Source of the DNA: Anthoceros angustus | Lineage: Eukaryota; Plantae; Anthocerotophyta | Reading direction: 5' to 3' | Length of the DNA: 64,000 bases | NCBI GenBank assembly: GCA_010909165.1 | Contig: VJWM01000288.1 | Location: 62,693 to 126,692 of the forward strand | Shown: piece after piece, positions 1 through 13,400 of the stretch | Position numbering within the stretch: position 1 is the first letter of the stretch | Layout of the letters: every line of letters begins with the position of its first letter | The notes under the pieces: generated by a model | The model's database searches: none | What the model was told of the DNA's origin: nothing | The model's input: the letters and a program-made list of their open reading frames with translations, nothing else | Translations under genes and position numbers: made by a program

Positions 1-2342
1 CGGCCGACCTCCACATTGCTCCACTTCCGACAAGCGCCTAATAGGGTGTGCCAAACTGCAACATCGGGGGGCACAGGCATCGTCCTTGCCATAACTAGTG
101 CCTCATCCAGTCGGCCTGCACGGCCAAGGAGATCTACCATGCACGTGTAATGCTCCAGCGTGGGAGTGATGCCATACCGTCTGCTCATGGCCTCGAAGTA
201 CTGTTGCCCCTGGTTTACTAGACCTGTGTGGCTGCAGACTGTTAATATACTGAGAAAGGTGATGATGTCAGGCTGTATCCCATCCTCTCCCATTCTGGTG
301 ACCAAGTGAAACACTACCTCACTTTCTCCTTGACGGGTGTATCCTGAAATTAGTGCGTTCCAGGCAACAACGTCTCTGTCGGGCATTGCCTCGAAAGCTT
401 GCTGTGCTTCAACCATGCTTCCACAGTTTCCATACATGTTTACCAAACTTCCGCCCAGAAGCACGTCAGCTTGAAGCCCTTGCTGTTTGATCTGTGCATG
501 GAGTTGCCTCCCCAGATCCAAATCTCCCACACCTGCACATGCCTGAAGGAGGCACAAAAATGTCACGGAGTTGGGTGCAACAACACCTTCTTCTTGCATT
601 AACCTGTAAAGACCAAGGGCTTTCTGCCGCATGCCTTGCTGCAAATATCCTGCTATCATGGCACTCCACGTCACCACATTCTTGGTACGAAGTCCGTCAA
701 AAACTCTTTGAGCGTCCTCTGGGCTGCCGCACTTTGCATACATGTTTACCAAACTGCTGGCAAGAAAAACATCCGCATCAAGTTCTCGTTCTCTGATTTG
801 TGCATGAAGCTCCCTCCCACTCTCCACAGCCGGGGCACCCACGCTTGCACATGCCTGGAGGAGGCACGCAAAAGTCACAGCATTGGGTGTAACAATGCCC
901 TCTTCTTGCATGGCCCTGTAAAGACGGAGGGCTTGCTGCCCCATGCCCTGCTGGGAGTATCCTGCTATCAGGGCACTCCATGTGACTATATTCTTTTCAC
1001 CAAGTTCATCAAACACACGCTGAGCATCCTCTAGGCTGCCGCATTTTGAATACATGTTCACCAAGCTGTTGGCTACAAACACATCAGCCTGAAGTTCTCG
1101 TTTGCGAATTTGCATATGAAGCTGCCTCCCGTTCTCCAAAGCTGGGCTGCCCACACTTGCACAGGCCTGCAAGAGGCACAAAAATGTTACAGAATCGAGA
1201 GCCACAATGCCTTCTGTTTGCATAGCCCTGTAAAGACGAAGGGCTTCCTGCCCCATGCCCTGCTGGGAGTATCCAGCTATCATGGCATTCCACGTCACCA
1301 CGTTCTTCTGACTCACTCCATCGAATACGGCCCGAGCATCATCTAGGCTGCCACACTTGGCATACATGGTTAACAAGCTGTTGGCCACAAACACATCAGC
1401 CTGAAACCCTCGCTGTCTAATTTGTGCATGCAGCTGTCTCCCCTTCTCCAACGCCAAGATGCCCAGACTTGCACATGCCTGCAAGAGACATACGAACGTC
1501 ACTGAACTGGCTGCGACGATGCCTTCCTTCTGCATAGAATCATAAAGACGAAGGGCTTCCTGACCTAGACCATGCTGGGAATATCCTGCCACCATGGCAT
1601 TCCACGTCACCGCATCTTTCGAAGGAAGGCTATCAAAAACTCCTCGAGCATCATCCAAGCTGCCACACTTTGCATACATGTCCACCAGGCAGCTACAAAC
1701 AAACAAACTAGGCTCTACGCCACTAGCCAACACATCAGCATGTACCTGCTGCCCAGATTCCAGGTCTGCTCCTCTTGCACAAGCCTGAAGGGCTGCTACA
1801 AACACATGGCCATCTGCCTTCACTCGTGACCTGCGCATTCGCTGATAGAGTTGTATGGCCTGCTTATCCTGTCCATGTTGAACATGCGCAGAGATTATGG
1901 CAGACCATGTGAAGGCATCTGGTTTGGCAACCACAGTGAACACATTCATAGCTTCTTGCAACCTGGCATGAGAAGCATACATGCGTAGTAGGTGGTTGCA
2001 CAGGAACGTATCCGATTCATACCCTGTCATCACGGTCATGGCATGCACACGGCGAGCAAGAGGCAGGTCCTTCCTTGCCACGCATTCTTTTAGGACAGTG
2101 TAAATAAGAGATTTGGTAACACGATAATCTGTGTGTACCAGAGCTCCAAGAGCCTCAACAGCCTCAGTCACCTGCCCCTGCTGACACAGTTTGCACACTG
2201 ATTCAGTTGTTAAGCAACTTTCATATCCTGCTTTGGAAGGAGGCGCCCAACGACCCATCTGTATATCCAAAGCAACCTGCTGCGAATCCATCCGAGCTGG
2301 CCTGTAGACGTTGCCTCGCCAGATAAACTCCACGCACTGCAT
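1..2342 (-). CDS. PLS-class pentatricopeptide repeat protein (organellar RNA-editing factor type); intronless, 3' end (rest of E domain and any DYW) lies outside the window
   Basis: Frame from ATG at 2342 (MQCVEFIWRG...) that runs off the window end; segments translated by hand are open. About six ~303-nt P-L-S triplet repeats (e.g. FTWSAIISAHVQHG, FLCNHLLRMYA). Ends in the E1-type motif AVWHTLLGACRKWSNVEVG. Absent from the ORF track, presumably because its stop is outside the window. Confidence 0.93.
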   Translation of the reverse strand, partial: MQCVEFIWRGNVYRPARMDSQQVALDIQMGRWAPPSKAGYESCLTTESVCKLCQQGQVTEAVEALGALVHTDYRVTKSLIYTVLKECVARKDLPLARRVHAMTVMTGYESDTFLCNHLLRMYASHARLQEAMNVFTVVAKPDAFTWSAIISAHVQHGQDKQAIQLYQRMRRSRVKADGHVFVAALQACARGADLESGQQVHADVLASGVEPSLFVCSCLVDMYAKCGSLDDARGVFDSLPSKDAVTWNAMVAGYSQHGLGQEALRLYDSMQKEGIVAASSVTFVCLLQACASLGILALEKGRQLHAQIRQRGFQADVFVANSLLTMYAKCGSLDDARAVFDGVSQKNVVTWNAMIAGYSQQGMGQEALRLYRAMQTEGIVALDSVTFLCLLQACASVGSPALENGRQLHMQIRKRELQADVFVANSLVNMYSKCGSLEDAQRVFDELGEKNIVTWSALIAGYSQQGMGQQALRLYRAMQEEGIVTPNAVTFACLLQACASVGAPAVESGRELHAQIRERELDADVFLASSLVNMYAKCGSPEDAQRVFDGLRTKNVVTWSAMIAGYLQQGMRQKALGLYRLMQEEGVVAPNSVTFLCLLQACAGVGDLDLGRQLHAQIKQQGLQADVLLGGSLVNMYGNCGSMVEAQQAFEAMPDRDVVAWNALISGYTRQGESEVVFHLVTRMGEDGIQPDIITFLSILTVCSHTGLVNQGQQYFEAMSRRYGITPTLEHYTCMVDLLGRAGRLDEALVMARTMPVPPDVAVWHTLLGACRKWSNVEVG

Positions 2343-2693
2343 GTGTAGGAAGTCAAGAACGTGGTAACTCTATCCTATTTCCTGTTAAACCGCCAACGTA
2401 AGCGACGTGAGAAAAAGCTGTCACCACAAGAGCGATTGCAGGGACTGTTGCTGGAAGGTTATCCACAGCCAGGACTAGCTGCACTTCGTGCTACCTCGTG
2501 TTGTTCAATGTTCAGCGTTCATTTCCACAATGTGGTGCTTTTGTTTTGCATTTGCGCTATTCCGAAAGTCCGTGAGTCCCTCTCAATCACCAGTTGACCC
2601 AAGATAAAAAAGAAAGAATGAAAAAAAAATTATTTAGGGGAAATTTTTGATGGGAGAAGCCCATCCAAGCACAGGACAAGCGAGAGGGATCAT

Positions 2694-2814
2694 GAGGGTC
2701 GAAGTGAAGAGGAAAAGTTACAAAGCTCCCTATCCGAAGTTATTGACTGTGCCTGAGGGTCGAAGTGAAGATGAGAAGTTACAAAGCTCCTATCGGCAGT
2801 TATTGACTGTGCCT
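2694..2814. repeat. Two ~61-bp direct copies (GAGGGTCGAAGTGAAGA...TTATTGACTGTGCCT), probably a TE/LTR remnant
   Basis: Copies start at 2694 and 2755. A second short duplication (GGCCTACA...CGGAGGTAGAGGAGGATG) follows at about 2842-2911. Confidence 0.6.
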
Positions 2815-3199
2815 ACGATGTCATATGCGGGAAGAGAAAACGGCCTACATGCTACGGAGGTAGAGGAGGATGCAGAAAATGGCCTACAAAGGTACGGAGG
2901 TAGAGGAGGATGTGTCACCTGCTATCGCTGCTCTGTGGATGATCGCCGTAGAGAGGGCCCGTTGAAGAGCAATTGACACTCTCTATTTGAAGAATGCCGT
3001 AAAATAGGAGAGGGACAGCTCCGCTTCATGCCTGCGAGCATGATAAGCCTTAGCGCAAGACTTGAGAAAAGTATCGAAGTCCTTAGCCAACGCCCCTTTT
3101 GTTTTTAAGGGCGGGCAGAATGAATTGGTAGCCCGCTTGCATCCCACTATATTTCTTAACTTTGATAGCTGTTGCTCCAGTAGCAGCCCAACCTAGATG

Positions 3200-4050
3200 G
3201 TTAGTATGCAGAGATAGGGTCGCGTGCAGGGACACTGACCACCTTGTTCACGATGTGGGAGAGGTCTTCTACGAGAGTCTGGTCGAGGAAGCTCCCTATG
3301 AAGTCAAGGAATCGAAGGGGACCCCCAAAATCCGCAGGCCGGGGGGCCGAAACAATCTCCCCTGTAGGTAATCGCAATCCCCTATGGAGACTAGACATGG
3401 CACTTGGATAGCTTGATCTTCAAGCCCACCAAAGAAAGCTCATGAGAGAAGAGCTCAAAGGCCTTCTTGACCATGTCCCTAGACTCGAGGATGTGAGAGT
3501 CATCTTCCAGCGAAGGGCAGACACAATCACGAGCTGAGGAGGCAGCCTTGGAAAGGACCCTATAGTGAGCGATGGCGAAGAGAGCACCAGCTAGAGGTTC
3601 GCCCTGCCTGGTACATGTGGCCGACTCCAAGACATAGACGGCAAATCCCGATGACACATTCTTGTTTTGATAGTAGAAGTTGGAAGACCTCATGTAGAAG
3701 CACCTAGCGAAAGGGATAAGGCTCCCAAGACACCGCCAGCGTCCATGAGCTCCTTAATGATGACGCCTCTGGAGATGGTATTGAAGGCATTCTCTACATC
3801 GACCTGCAAGACCACCCTCTCCAAGTGGGTGTCGAGGCATGCCTTCACTCCAAACACCATGGAACCCCTCGGAGTGGCAATCCCAAATTGGGAGGATTTA
3901 GCTGTAGCTGGAGAAGGGAGCGGCATTGCATGCTGAGAAGCTGCATGAACGCTTCCCCAACCGCAAGGAGACGCACGCCTGAGGAGGGAGCGGGCTTGTC
4001 CATAGTAACTAGCCTGCTAACTGCGAGAACATGAGAGATCCGATGAGGCG
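3200..4050 (-). mobile_element. Degenerate non-LTR retrotransposon reverse transcriptase fragment, CRE/NeSL-like (RLE-type) clade
   Basis: Frameshifted minus-strand pieces: QFGIATPRG...LQVDVENAFNTISR, TRQGEPLAGALFAIAH, PSLEDDSHI (YxDD-like), LSLVGLKIKLSKC. Confidence 0.75.
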
Positions 4051-4055
4051 TCTCT

Positions 4056-4243
4056 CCCCCGTCATCCTAGGATAGAAGAGTGCTAAGTTACACTTGAGAC
4101 CGCCCCCGTCATCCTAGGATAGAAGAGTGCTAAGTTACACTTGAGACCGCCCCCGTCATCCTAGGATAGAAGAGTGCTAAGTTACACTTGAGACCGCCCC
4201 CGTCATCCTAGGATAGAAGAGTGCTAAGTTACACTTGAGACCG
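4056..4243. repeat. Tandem minisatellite, 4 x 47 bp
   Basis: GTCATCCTAGGATAGAAGAGTGCTAAGTTACACTTGAGACCG recurs at 4061, 4108, 4155 and 4202 (period 47) with no spacers. Confidence 0.95.
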
Positions 4244-7200
4244 AGATATGCAAGGGTTTCTCTACCACCGTCATCCATGATGGTAGCAGCTCACAGGGGA
4301 GGAGAAGAATAAGTTTATTATAGTGGAAGAAAAAAAAATCTATTGTGAACCACTTGGACGAAAATTTTCCCTTACGAGACTTCGTACTTAACAACTTACA
4401 ACTTATGCTATGTTGTGTCTAAACTACAAGGGCATCCTATGGAATACTGATCTGGTCACAAGGGAGCGTGTATGTGACTTTGTTTTTTTGGGTATACGCT
4501 ACGGAAATATGCCACTGCATCTTTCAGATATTTGCCAATACACATATAATACATGCCACATCAACTTCTGTAAGTTCATACGTGGGGCAAAGACTTTCTA
4601 TGACACGATCATAGGCCTGGTGTTCCGATTGTGTCAAACACATGTTTTCTTGTTTAGGGGTTTAGGGTTTCGATCCGATCACCATACATATATGTTAAAC
4701 AGGCGGGCAAGACACACATACACAAATTTTGTTCGCAAGTATGGCCCGTTGGCCGGCGAGCATAAATCCTCCTTAGACGCATTGCTAGAAGATGAGAGTC
4801 ATTTGAATCTGGCATCCATGGTTGCTGTCACGGCAGCTGGCCCAAACATCCAACACCTTGTTCCTCATGCTGCATCTGTGCCCGCTTAGAGTGACCTTGC
4901 GTCTCTTAGGAGACGGAACATGTGAGGACAAATTGTTACGCTTTTTGTGCACTGAGCATATTAGGTGATTGTGCGGCGTAGGAATGTGACAATTTTGTTG
5001 CTGCTTGTCTTGGGGCTTGTGTCAACAGAGTCAAGGACAAGGACAGCAAAAAGGAGAGCTGTCATGGAGCTGGAGATGATCAGAAATTGGACTCTGACAC
5101 ACACAAAATCTCGCAGAGACACCGGTGTTCATGCAGCTGCGCGTTGTATCCTTAGCATGTGCCACCTTTGTTTCACGATTTTCGTTTAGTCGGGCAGCTA
5201 GGACTGACTTGGTGCAAGGGTCTTGCTTTTCAGGCAACTTCAGAAGGATTTCACATATGAGATGGTCCTACAGGCTCGGCAAATGCAGGAAACCATTTTT
5301 ATGATGGACCATTCACTACGTGATACGGGAAAGGTGGCGCCTGTGATTCTCAAGTTCAACGTTTGTTGGCCTCTGTGAAGTTGTGCAGGTCACAATGATT
5401 TGCCTTCACACTGATTACGGTGTCGTTGTCTCAATAGGATCTGGAATCGATAGAACGAGCCATAGAGCACAGTCTTGAAAGCAACAAAACAGACCGAAAA
5501 GCTAGCACTTGTGCTCACTCACTCATGCTTGCACAATTGCAGCCACAAAAACCATATGTTCAAGCTTGCACTCCCATGGTGGGAGGTCTCAAAACACCTA
5601 CCTACAAAAACACCTACAACCCACCTACAAACCCTGCTCCGCTCAATCTGGAAAGAGCCGTAGAGGAGGGCTTTCATCCTCTTCTGCCCCAGTGCTTGGC
5701 CCCTCCGCTTCCGAGTTCGGAGGCTGCCTCGGCCCAGCCTGAGGGGGAGGAGCCTGCAACGGGGAAGAGGCAACTGCAGCCGGCTATGGCATACCATAGC
5801 GAGATGCAGCCGGCTGCGCCTATGGAATTGGAGGTGGAGGTGGAGCAAACGGCATTTCCTGCATGAAATGGAAAGGTTGGGTAGGGGGAAAGGGGAGAGG
5901 TGGGTAGGGCTGGTAGGAAGGGGAGGGGACCAGAGATGGAATATTGCGTGCCGCAATGGCGCGGCAACACAAATGACCTAAACGCAACCCTAAACCCGAG
6001 AAGAAAAGTTTTTGTGTATCGTGAAATCTTTTCGTGCATCATGGGGTAGATTGACGATATCGGGACACAGGGGAGCTGCAGCCCCAACCGATGTGATCAT
6101 GCGTAACATACCAAAATAGTTCCGCTGTATGCGATGAGACTATTTTTTTCTGTCCACAACCCTAAAAAAATATGGAACCAGATCGTTATTCCATAGCATC
6201 CACTCCTTTTAAGCACCCCGTTGAAGTACTTAAGCGCATGATGCTTAACGGCAATATTCAACAAATTTGCCATTTGGTCCGCGTTTTTTTGGGCGGACGG
6301 ATGACCGCCATGGCATATTGACATGGGCTTTGGATGGGCTAAGTGGTGAGTCCCACATACTTCGGGAGGGATACCTGTAAGTTTGTGTGGAGATTTAGCA
6401 CCTGCCATTCTTTGATTTCTCTTGTCGAAAAACCTCAGATACTATAATGCCGAAGGAGGACCATGAAGATCAGTCCACTCCTGAAGTACAAAGTGTAAGG
6501 TCATGGTACCCCCAAAGCGCTCAAAGGCACCACCCAATGAGTTCATAAAAAGTGATTAGGTCGAGATGCCGTGGTAATAGGGCGGACATCCGGGTTTCTG
6601 ATATACAGTGAGGCTTGCAACAAAAGTGAACCGTAGCTTGCCTAAGGAGCATCGATGCCCCAAATGCCCGTACTCGAGTGACTTCAAAAATAAGATCCCG
6701 TGACTCCAGGGCAACTGTTTCAGAAAGAGCGAGCAAAGATAATCAGTAGAGCAATATAAGTCGCTGAACTAATCATTTGAGACATTGAGAACACTCACAA
6801 ATAGCAGTCCCCTAGGGACCTATACACAAAGGTCCAATTAGTCAAGCCACTGCACTCCACTTCCCTTCCTTGCTGTAGGGCCGGCTGCTGATTCATCCTG
6901 CCAGTTGCCGGGATAAAGATCTTACAAAGCATACAGAACCAATGATGCAACAGTCAATCCACAAGACCAGATACAACTACTTTTGGCATCCAGTAAGTGC
7001 ATCCCTCACTAAGCCTCTCCCGAATATAGTCCACTCCAGATCCAAACACTAAACAGATAATGCCAGAAGACAAAATTTACAACTTAATTCCAACAACCAG
7101 GCTTTAGACTGGCAGCCAGCATCCCGAAGGCAATCCCCCAAGCATCAGTTGGCAAAGCAGGCTGTTACAAATAAACTTCAACACTAAACTGCATATTGCT

Positions 7201-7461
7201 CTCCCCTAATTGTTTGAGGAAGCAGAGAGGTGGTGCACTCTCCAATATTTTTCTAAGGATTCTAATATTGACAAACTAGCAACTATACGAATTCTAAAAA
7301 TAATCAAGTGGCTTTAGACCAATACAAGTAAACCATGAGAAACCTGTGCCAATATCCGTCTTAATAAGAACCTTTATCGCCATGGCCGCATAATTCAGAA
7401 TGCTGAAAGTGGCAAGGATCTGGCTACGGAATCCAACGAGTCCACCCAGACACCAGACGCC

Positions 7462-10400
7462 CTAAGATCGTCTTGGCCCATCCTCTCCAAAATCATCGTG
7501 AGATAGTCGACCATTGTCCTCCAATGTAGGGGGTACAGAAATAATAGGTGGGGGAGACCAACACTGGTCAGGGACCATCAAAAAGTATGTTGACATAGCT
7601 TTCCGAAATCGCTTCTTGTACTGCTTGGGTGAAATAACAGTCGGTGCGGCATTTTTTGGACCACCAAGGATCCCTGATGCTTTGACCCAAGTCTCAAGCT
7701 GCTTGTCCCACGTATATTGGCGTATAAAATCAATAATACCTATGGCTAACTCCTGTCGTTCTTCATCAATCCCAACTAGAAGGGAATAGTCCATTACGTC
7801 TACAGTCTGCGGGACACATCAGCAGACAAGGTCAGCTCTCACAGAACACAAACAACGTGCTAAAGAGGGGAAAACAAGAGACCATAGCTCTCAATAAACT
7901 AGGTTTAGGTTGAGCTTATACCGCAAGAAACGCGGTGTCATTCCAAACAGCGCGTTCCAACAGACGTTTAGCCTTGTTGCCGACAAAAATTGGAGCAGTA
8001 GGCATTGCTTCCAAAAGGTTCTGGTCCAATAAAACAGCATTGCTTCCTTTGGAGTCGTTATAACGGGAGCGAACTGATCCCTTCAGGTCATAAATTCGCG
8101 ATACAGACCTTCCATATAACAGATTCTCCATCACCAGAAGATCCATCTTCTGTATCTCTTTGCCTGCTTTCTTCACCGTAACCTGCAGGACCAGGAAAGC
8201 AACTTCAGAAGGCCTGCAGCAAACAACGTTGTGAATTCCATCACACATCATTGACAAAGAACAAAACTTTCTTCCAACCTGATAAAGACCCAAAATTTTG
8301 GCCAAACATGTTGGGCTCCCAGAATCGATATATTCTGAGAGGTAATTAAAGTACTCAAGGGCAAAGTCCCGAAATGAGACAGATTCTGTTCTCGTGACCT
8401 GCTTCACAACAAACCGGTCATCCGCAGTCTTGGCAAAAAATACATTGCTCTTGCCTCCTTGTGCTCCCCACTTCTTGCATCGGCATAAAGATCTTAGGAA
8501 ACTCAGGTCTCCGTCACAACATTTCTGCCTCAGTATGGCAAACTGCTTTGCATAGTATGACCTGACAGAGTACTTCATTTTACCCTGACCACTTCCATCC
8601 TCAAACTGTGTCAAAATATGAGGATCACCAGATGCTGGCTCTCTGGAACTAAACGATCTGTCCAGGTTATCAGATGAACCTCCATCACTTGACTGCAATG
8701 GGTGTGAGGCACTCCCATCTTGAACACTACTATCAGGAAACTCCCTGCTGTTCTTTAAGTCCCTATGATAATCCTCTGAAGCAAGTGCATACGCTATGAT
8801 GGTTGTGGGCTCATCATCATACACTGCTATTATGACGTTGTCCTGACCTGGAGGGAGGAGAACCCTAGCAGTCCCCTCAGCTGCAGTTCTAGATATGCTC
8901 AACAGGGAAGGCGGCCCGCGAGCTTCACTCCTTGGAGGTGAACCAGCAATGGAACTGGAAGTTCGGCTGCTGTAAGTCCTGTAAAGATTGTGGAAAGGCG
9001 TTGCAAATTCACGATCAGCCACACTCTTTGATGGTGATGAAGGGGTACTCTGCTGCACTGCGTCAGTCACATCCCTCTGTTCAACATTGAGTATAGCCAC
9101 AGTAGGCATTGCCCCGTCCAGACCAGGTCCATCAGTCTGTACACCAGATCTGTCATAGATCATAGATTGTTCCATCTCTGCAGCCTGTCCACCTGTAGTA
9201 AGGAACTCACTACTTGCAGCAGGGAGACTGTTATTGAGAGTCAGTTCATCAGGCACAGCCTGAGCCACAAGGTTGTCTGAGGAATTGGCATTCCCTGATA
9301 CATCCAAGTGTGCAATCTCATTAGTAGGCTCAGATTCTTGTTCAACAACCTCCACTGAACTACCCGCTGGCTCATCTTGTATTCCAGAAGCAGCTTCAAC
9401 TCCACCTTGCACAACATGCTCAAGTCTAGGGCCCAACATTTCTCTAACCTTCTCATCGAGGGCAGGCACAGGACTACCGAACGCCTCAACGATGCTTGGA
9501 TCCAGCGGAATTGTGACAGGAGGAGCCTTGGAATCTGCAGAGATGGGCAGTAACGTTGTTGAAGCCATGTCTGGAGGTGCTTGTACCGCCCCAACCCCCG
9601 AATCAGCACTTATCCCCGAATGTTCATCCCCATTCATCAGATTTCTTGCAGTTCCACTACTTCCACTAGAATCTGCACCACTGTGCGATCTGGAAAGACC
9701 ACTTCCGGACCCTTCTGAATCAGCCTCTCCATCTTGACTACCCATCGACTTGCCACTGATACCCCCAAAACTCATTTGTTTTGCCAGCTTGACGGAGGAA
9801 TCATCCAATAAATTTGCTTCTGAGCCACCTAGACCTCTTTTTGCCTTGAGATGGGTGTTTAACTTATTAAACTGATCTTCCCAGTAGATGGCACATTCCA
9901 CAAGTATCCGTCTTAGGAGGTTCAATTGTAGAATGTCTGCAATAGGTTGTCCGGGCTGCGGATTTGGGTTTGCTGCCTTCTGCAACTCGCCCTGAAATGC
10001 CAGTAAGAAAAAAGACTAAGAAACCTGAGCTCATCTATTGTATCACGTATCTGCGACTCACAAACAAAGAACACAAAGTGTGTGCCAAAATAGATATAGC
10101 ACATTGATAGCAGCATGTGCTGACCTCAAAACCCGCCTTATAACTTTGAGCCAGTGTCTCTAATTCCACATATCGCCTCCTTGCCTCCGGACCTTTGACC
10201 CCACACAACCTCTCCAGAGATCCAGAACTAGCAATCCTCTCTCCAATCACGCGGAGAGTATCGAACACCTCCGCAAATACTTGGTCTCCTCTCTTACCAA
10301 TCTGAGCAAGACACATTAGTTAACAGGAATTCTGCAACTGAATTGCTCGAATCTGGCCACAAGGAGGAAACAAAACGGAGAACTACCTCGTCCAGTTCGT

Positions 10401-13400
10401 CCTGAAGCCACTTTGTGGCTGTCGGTGAAGGGTTATTGAAGTCCAACCGAGCGGGAGGAACATGAACAGCATTCAGTATTATAGGAGCATATCGGAAACA
10501 AGCTACTGCATTGCCGAACCTGCATTGGTCACCACCACCAATCATCAGCATTTGCAACGATGACAAAGGCAGAGCACATCTGACAGGCTATGTTCAGATG
10601 TGCTGTGTAACTGCACCCGAAGTGTCCTACCCATAGAATCGGAGGCAGTCCCTGTGCAAAGAGTGCCCACAGGCAGCAACCCGGCTTGCTGCTGCATGAT
10701 TTGAGAAGCTCAGCTCCAAAAACTTCCCAAAGGAAAGGCCCCATGCAGCATCTGACATGACTCTGCTGCGTCCAGCAGGAGGCAATCCATCAACTCTTGG
10801 ACACTTTAAGCAACGGTGCCACATCCATATTTTTCCTTCAGTCTCCCCTGGTAGCGCAGGCTTGTTTTGAAATCGCCGAACAGAGATAGTTAAGCTGCCC
10901 TGACGATGAGTAAAACAATGGATATGCGCATCAAGTGGCTCCTCACAAGATTGACAGTTACTCTGCATTCACATGAAAAGAACACTGAAATCAACAAGCT
11001 GAAACATTTTCAAAGCCTTCACTGTGTTGATGGCTATTGACAGCCAAAAAGACAGTTTGCCAGACAGAACGTACCGTATCAAACAAAGACTCGCGTAAAT
11101 ATCGTCCCAATGGCTTATCGCTGTTCCCATAGTACTTAATCCGGAAAAGGTGAGCCCGTTCGCATACAGTCCCCTTTTGAAGACACCGGCTAGACATTGA
11201 AACCAAAATACTTTGATGATCAGACGGAGAGGGAGGAAAATCCTCCTTGCCGTCTTGGTCCTCCACCTGCCAGTTACTTGCGGGATCCATCTGAGGTATC
11301 TGCTCATCATGGGAAACCAAGGCGTGCTCACCGCTAATACCATTGGATACAGATATCTGGTCTACAATACTTGCAGAATGATATGGAAAATGGGATCCAT
11401 CGCTGACAATTGAAGTACCATAACTACCATTAGCCAGACTGGAAACTAGTGCTTCAGATCTAGGCATCCCAGAGCCCTGCGATATAACAGTCACAGCCAA
11501 TGGCAAGTGCCCATTCTCCTGAGGAATCTGTCGCAACGAAGCGGACAAACCAGAGACACCATGGCTGGGTTGTCTAGGCAGGGATCCAGTTCGGATGCCA
11601 TTATTGTTACTGTGAATCCCAGCAGAAGAAATTGTTGTGACAGCTGTTTTGATGACTGTTGAGCTAAAACCGATAGTTGTATGAGCAGGACTTGTACCCG
11701 GGGTGTTCACCACTGAAGAGATTTGAGAAGATGCTGCAGAAGGAAGAACAGTACTCCACGTGGACGCTGTGCCAGGAAAGCCTTGTGGAAGCGGTGAAAC
11801 TGACATGCTGCTCACTGAAGCCATACTTCGTGAGTGATCATCAGCAGTTGGAGTCTGCAAAGTGAACCCCGGCACCGAAGATATGGACCTGTCTGCAGCA
11901 CCCTGGGTATTTGGGAGAGCAACACTGACCGCTTGATTGAAGGCACAGTCTGGAAGGGTGGCACCTTCATCAGCCAAGAATGACGTCTCTAAGGCCAAGT
12001 GATAGGCTGCAAAAACTGCATACTGCACAACAGCTTTGACTTTCTTCAGTACATCTCCATTGGCTCCTTGAAGCAAGACCTAAAGAGGAGACAGAGGTGA
12101 AGACACGCTTAGCTGACTTGAAAAATCGAGAAGGAACACTACCTGGCTACAGTGACTGAACCACAAGAGAAGTGGCTCCACTTACTGTGCAACCAACTGG
12201 CCTGGGACACTCCTCAAAGAACATTAAAGTCTTTGACTTCTTCTCTCCTGCACATCCAGCACTCCCAAGCTCCTCGACGTATTTCTCAACATGGAACCAC
12301 TCACAATGCCCGCAGTGTCCAGCTTTGGGTATATTGAGGCTCTCACATGACTGGAAAATCTGCGAACCAGTGCATCTTGCAATGCGGTCCATAACACATT
12401 TTTTGACGTTCAAAACTAGCGATATATCTTTGTTGAGAAGAAGCGTCTGGGCATGTCCTGATACGGTTTTCTCCACAAGAAGAACATTCGGGTGATGTTG
12501 CTCTATCCTATCAACCGTCATCTTGATATGGGCAATTTCCTGCACAAACAGAAAGGTGTCAACATCTGACTGCACACTTGTATTACAAATGGTGCACCCT
12601 AGGCCAAAGGATGTCAGTTTTCCAAAAAAAAACAGAAAAAGACAAAGAAAACCTGTTGCAGAAGCGTTTCTATTGATGAGAGCTGATTGGAAACGCGCTG
12701 GTATTCAAGGGCACCACCCAGCAAAAGAATTCTTGGATTCTTGTATCGTGATGACATACGCTTGTTATGCACGTTTTTCTTGCACACAACACCTTTGACA
12801 ACAAAGCTGCAGGAATGAAAAAAGTAACAAGCAAAGGGGTCAATACCACTGACGCATAATGTCACAGGTTAGAACAGGAAACAAGGCAAGACGAGAAAAA
12901 CGAGAGGGAAAACGTGCACTTAATTCCATGAGACAAGTGCAATTAGCCGACCTGTCCCGCCTATGTCCAGAAGCTAGACATTTCACTTTGACATAGTTTC
13001 CAGGATCCATTGCTCCACCTCCCTTGTCAGGTTTGACAAGACTGGCCGCTTCCATGGACAGTGAAGAAACAATGGAAAGCCAGCTGTCAGGATCGACTTC
13101 CTCCTCTGGCACCTCAAGACCTGCTCCCTCAAGCAGCTTTGCAACCAGAGCTCTGAAATGGCCACCAACAAGACTTCGCAATGCTGCCTTCTCTTTGACT
13201 TTAAACTCGCTGCTACTGACACTGCCCTCCGACGGAGGTAACCCCCAACCACCCTCATCATCCTCGTCTTCAACATCCTCTTCGTCGACCATATTAGTAT
13301 CTTCCTCTTCAGGCGGTGGCGGATCCCAGAGAAGGGCATTGTTCTCAAAGTCGACGGGTTTCAGCCCCTCGCTATTGTAGACCTCGTACAAGCCTGGCTG

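Noticed and set aside
399-1829. Short plus- and minus-strand ORFs listed in the track over the PPR region
   Set aside because: They are shadow frames of the repetitive PPR coding sequence.
4056-4243. CRISPR-like array
   Set aside because: Copies are contiguous and identical with no unique spacers; the context is eukaryotic and no cas genes were seen.
4653-4670. Telomere-like TTTAGGG repeats
   Set aside because: Only about two imperfect units; a common telo-box-like occurrence, not an interstitial telomere array.
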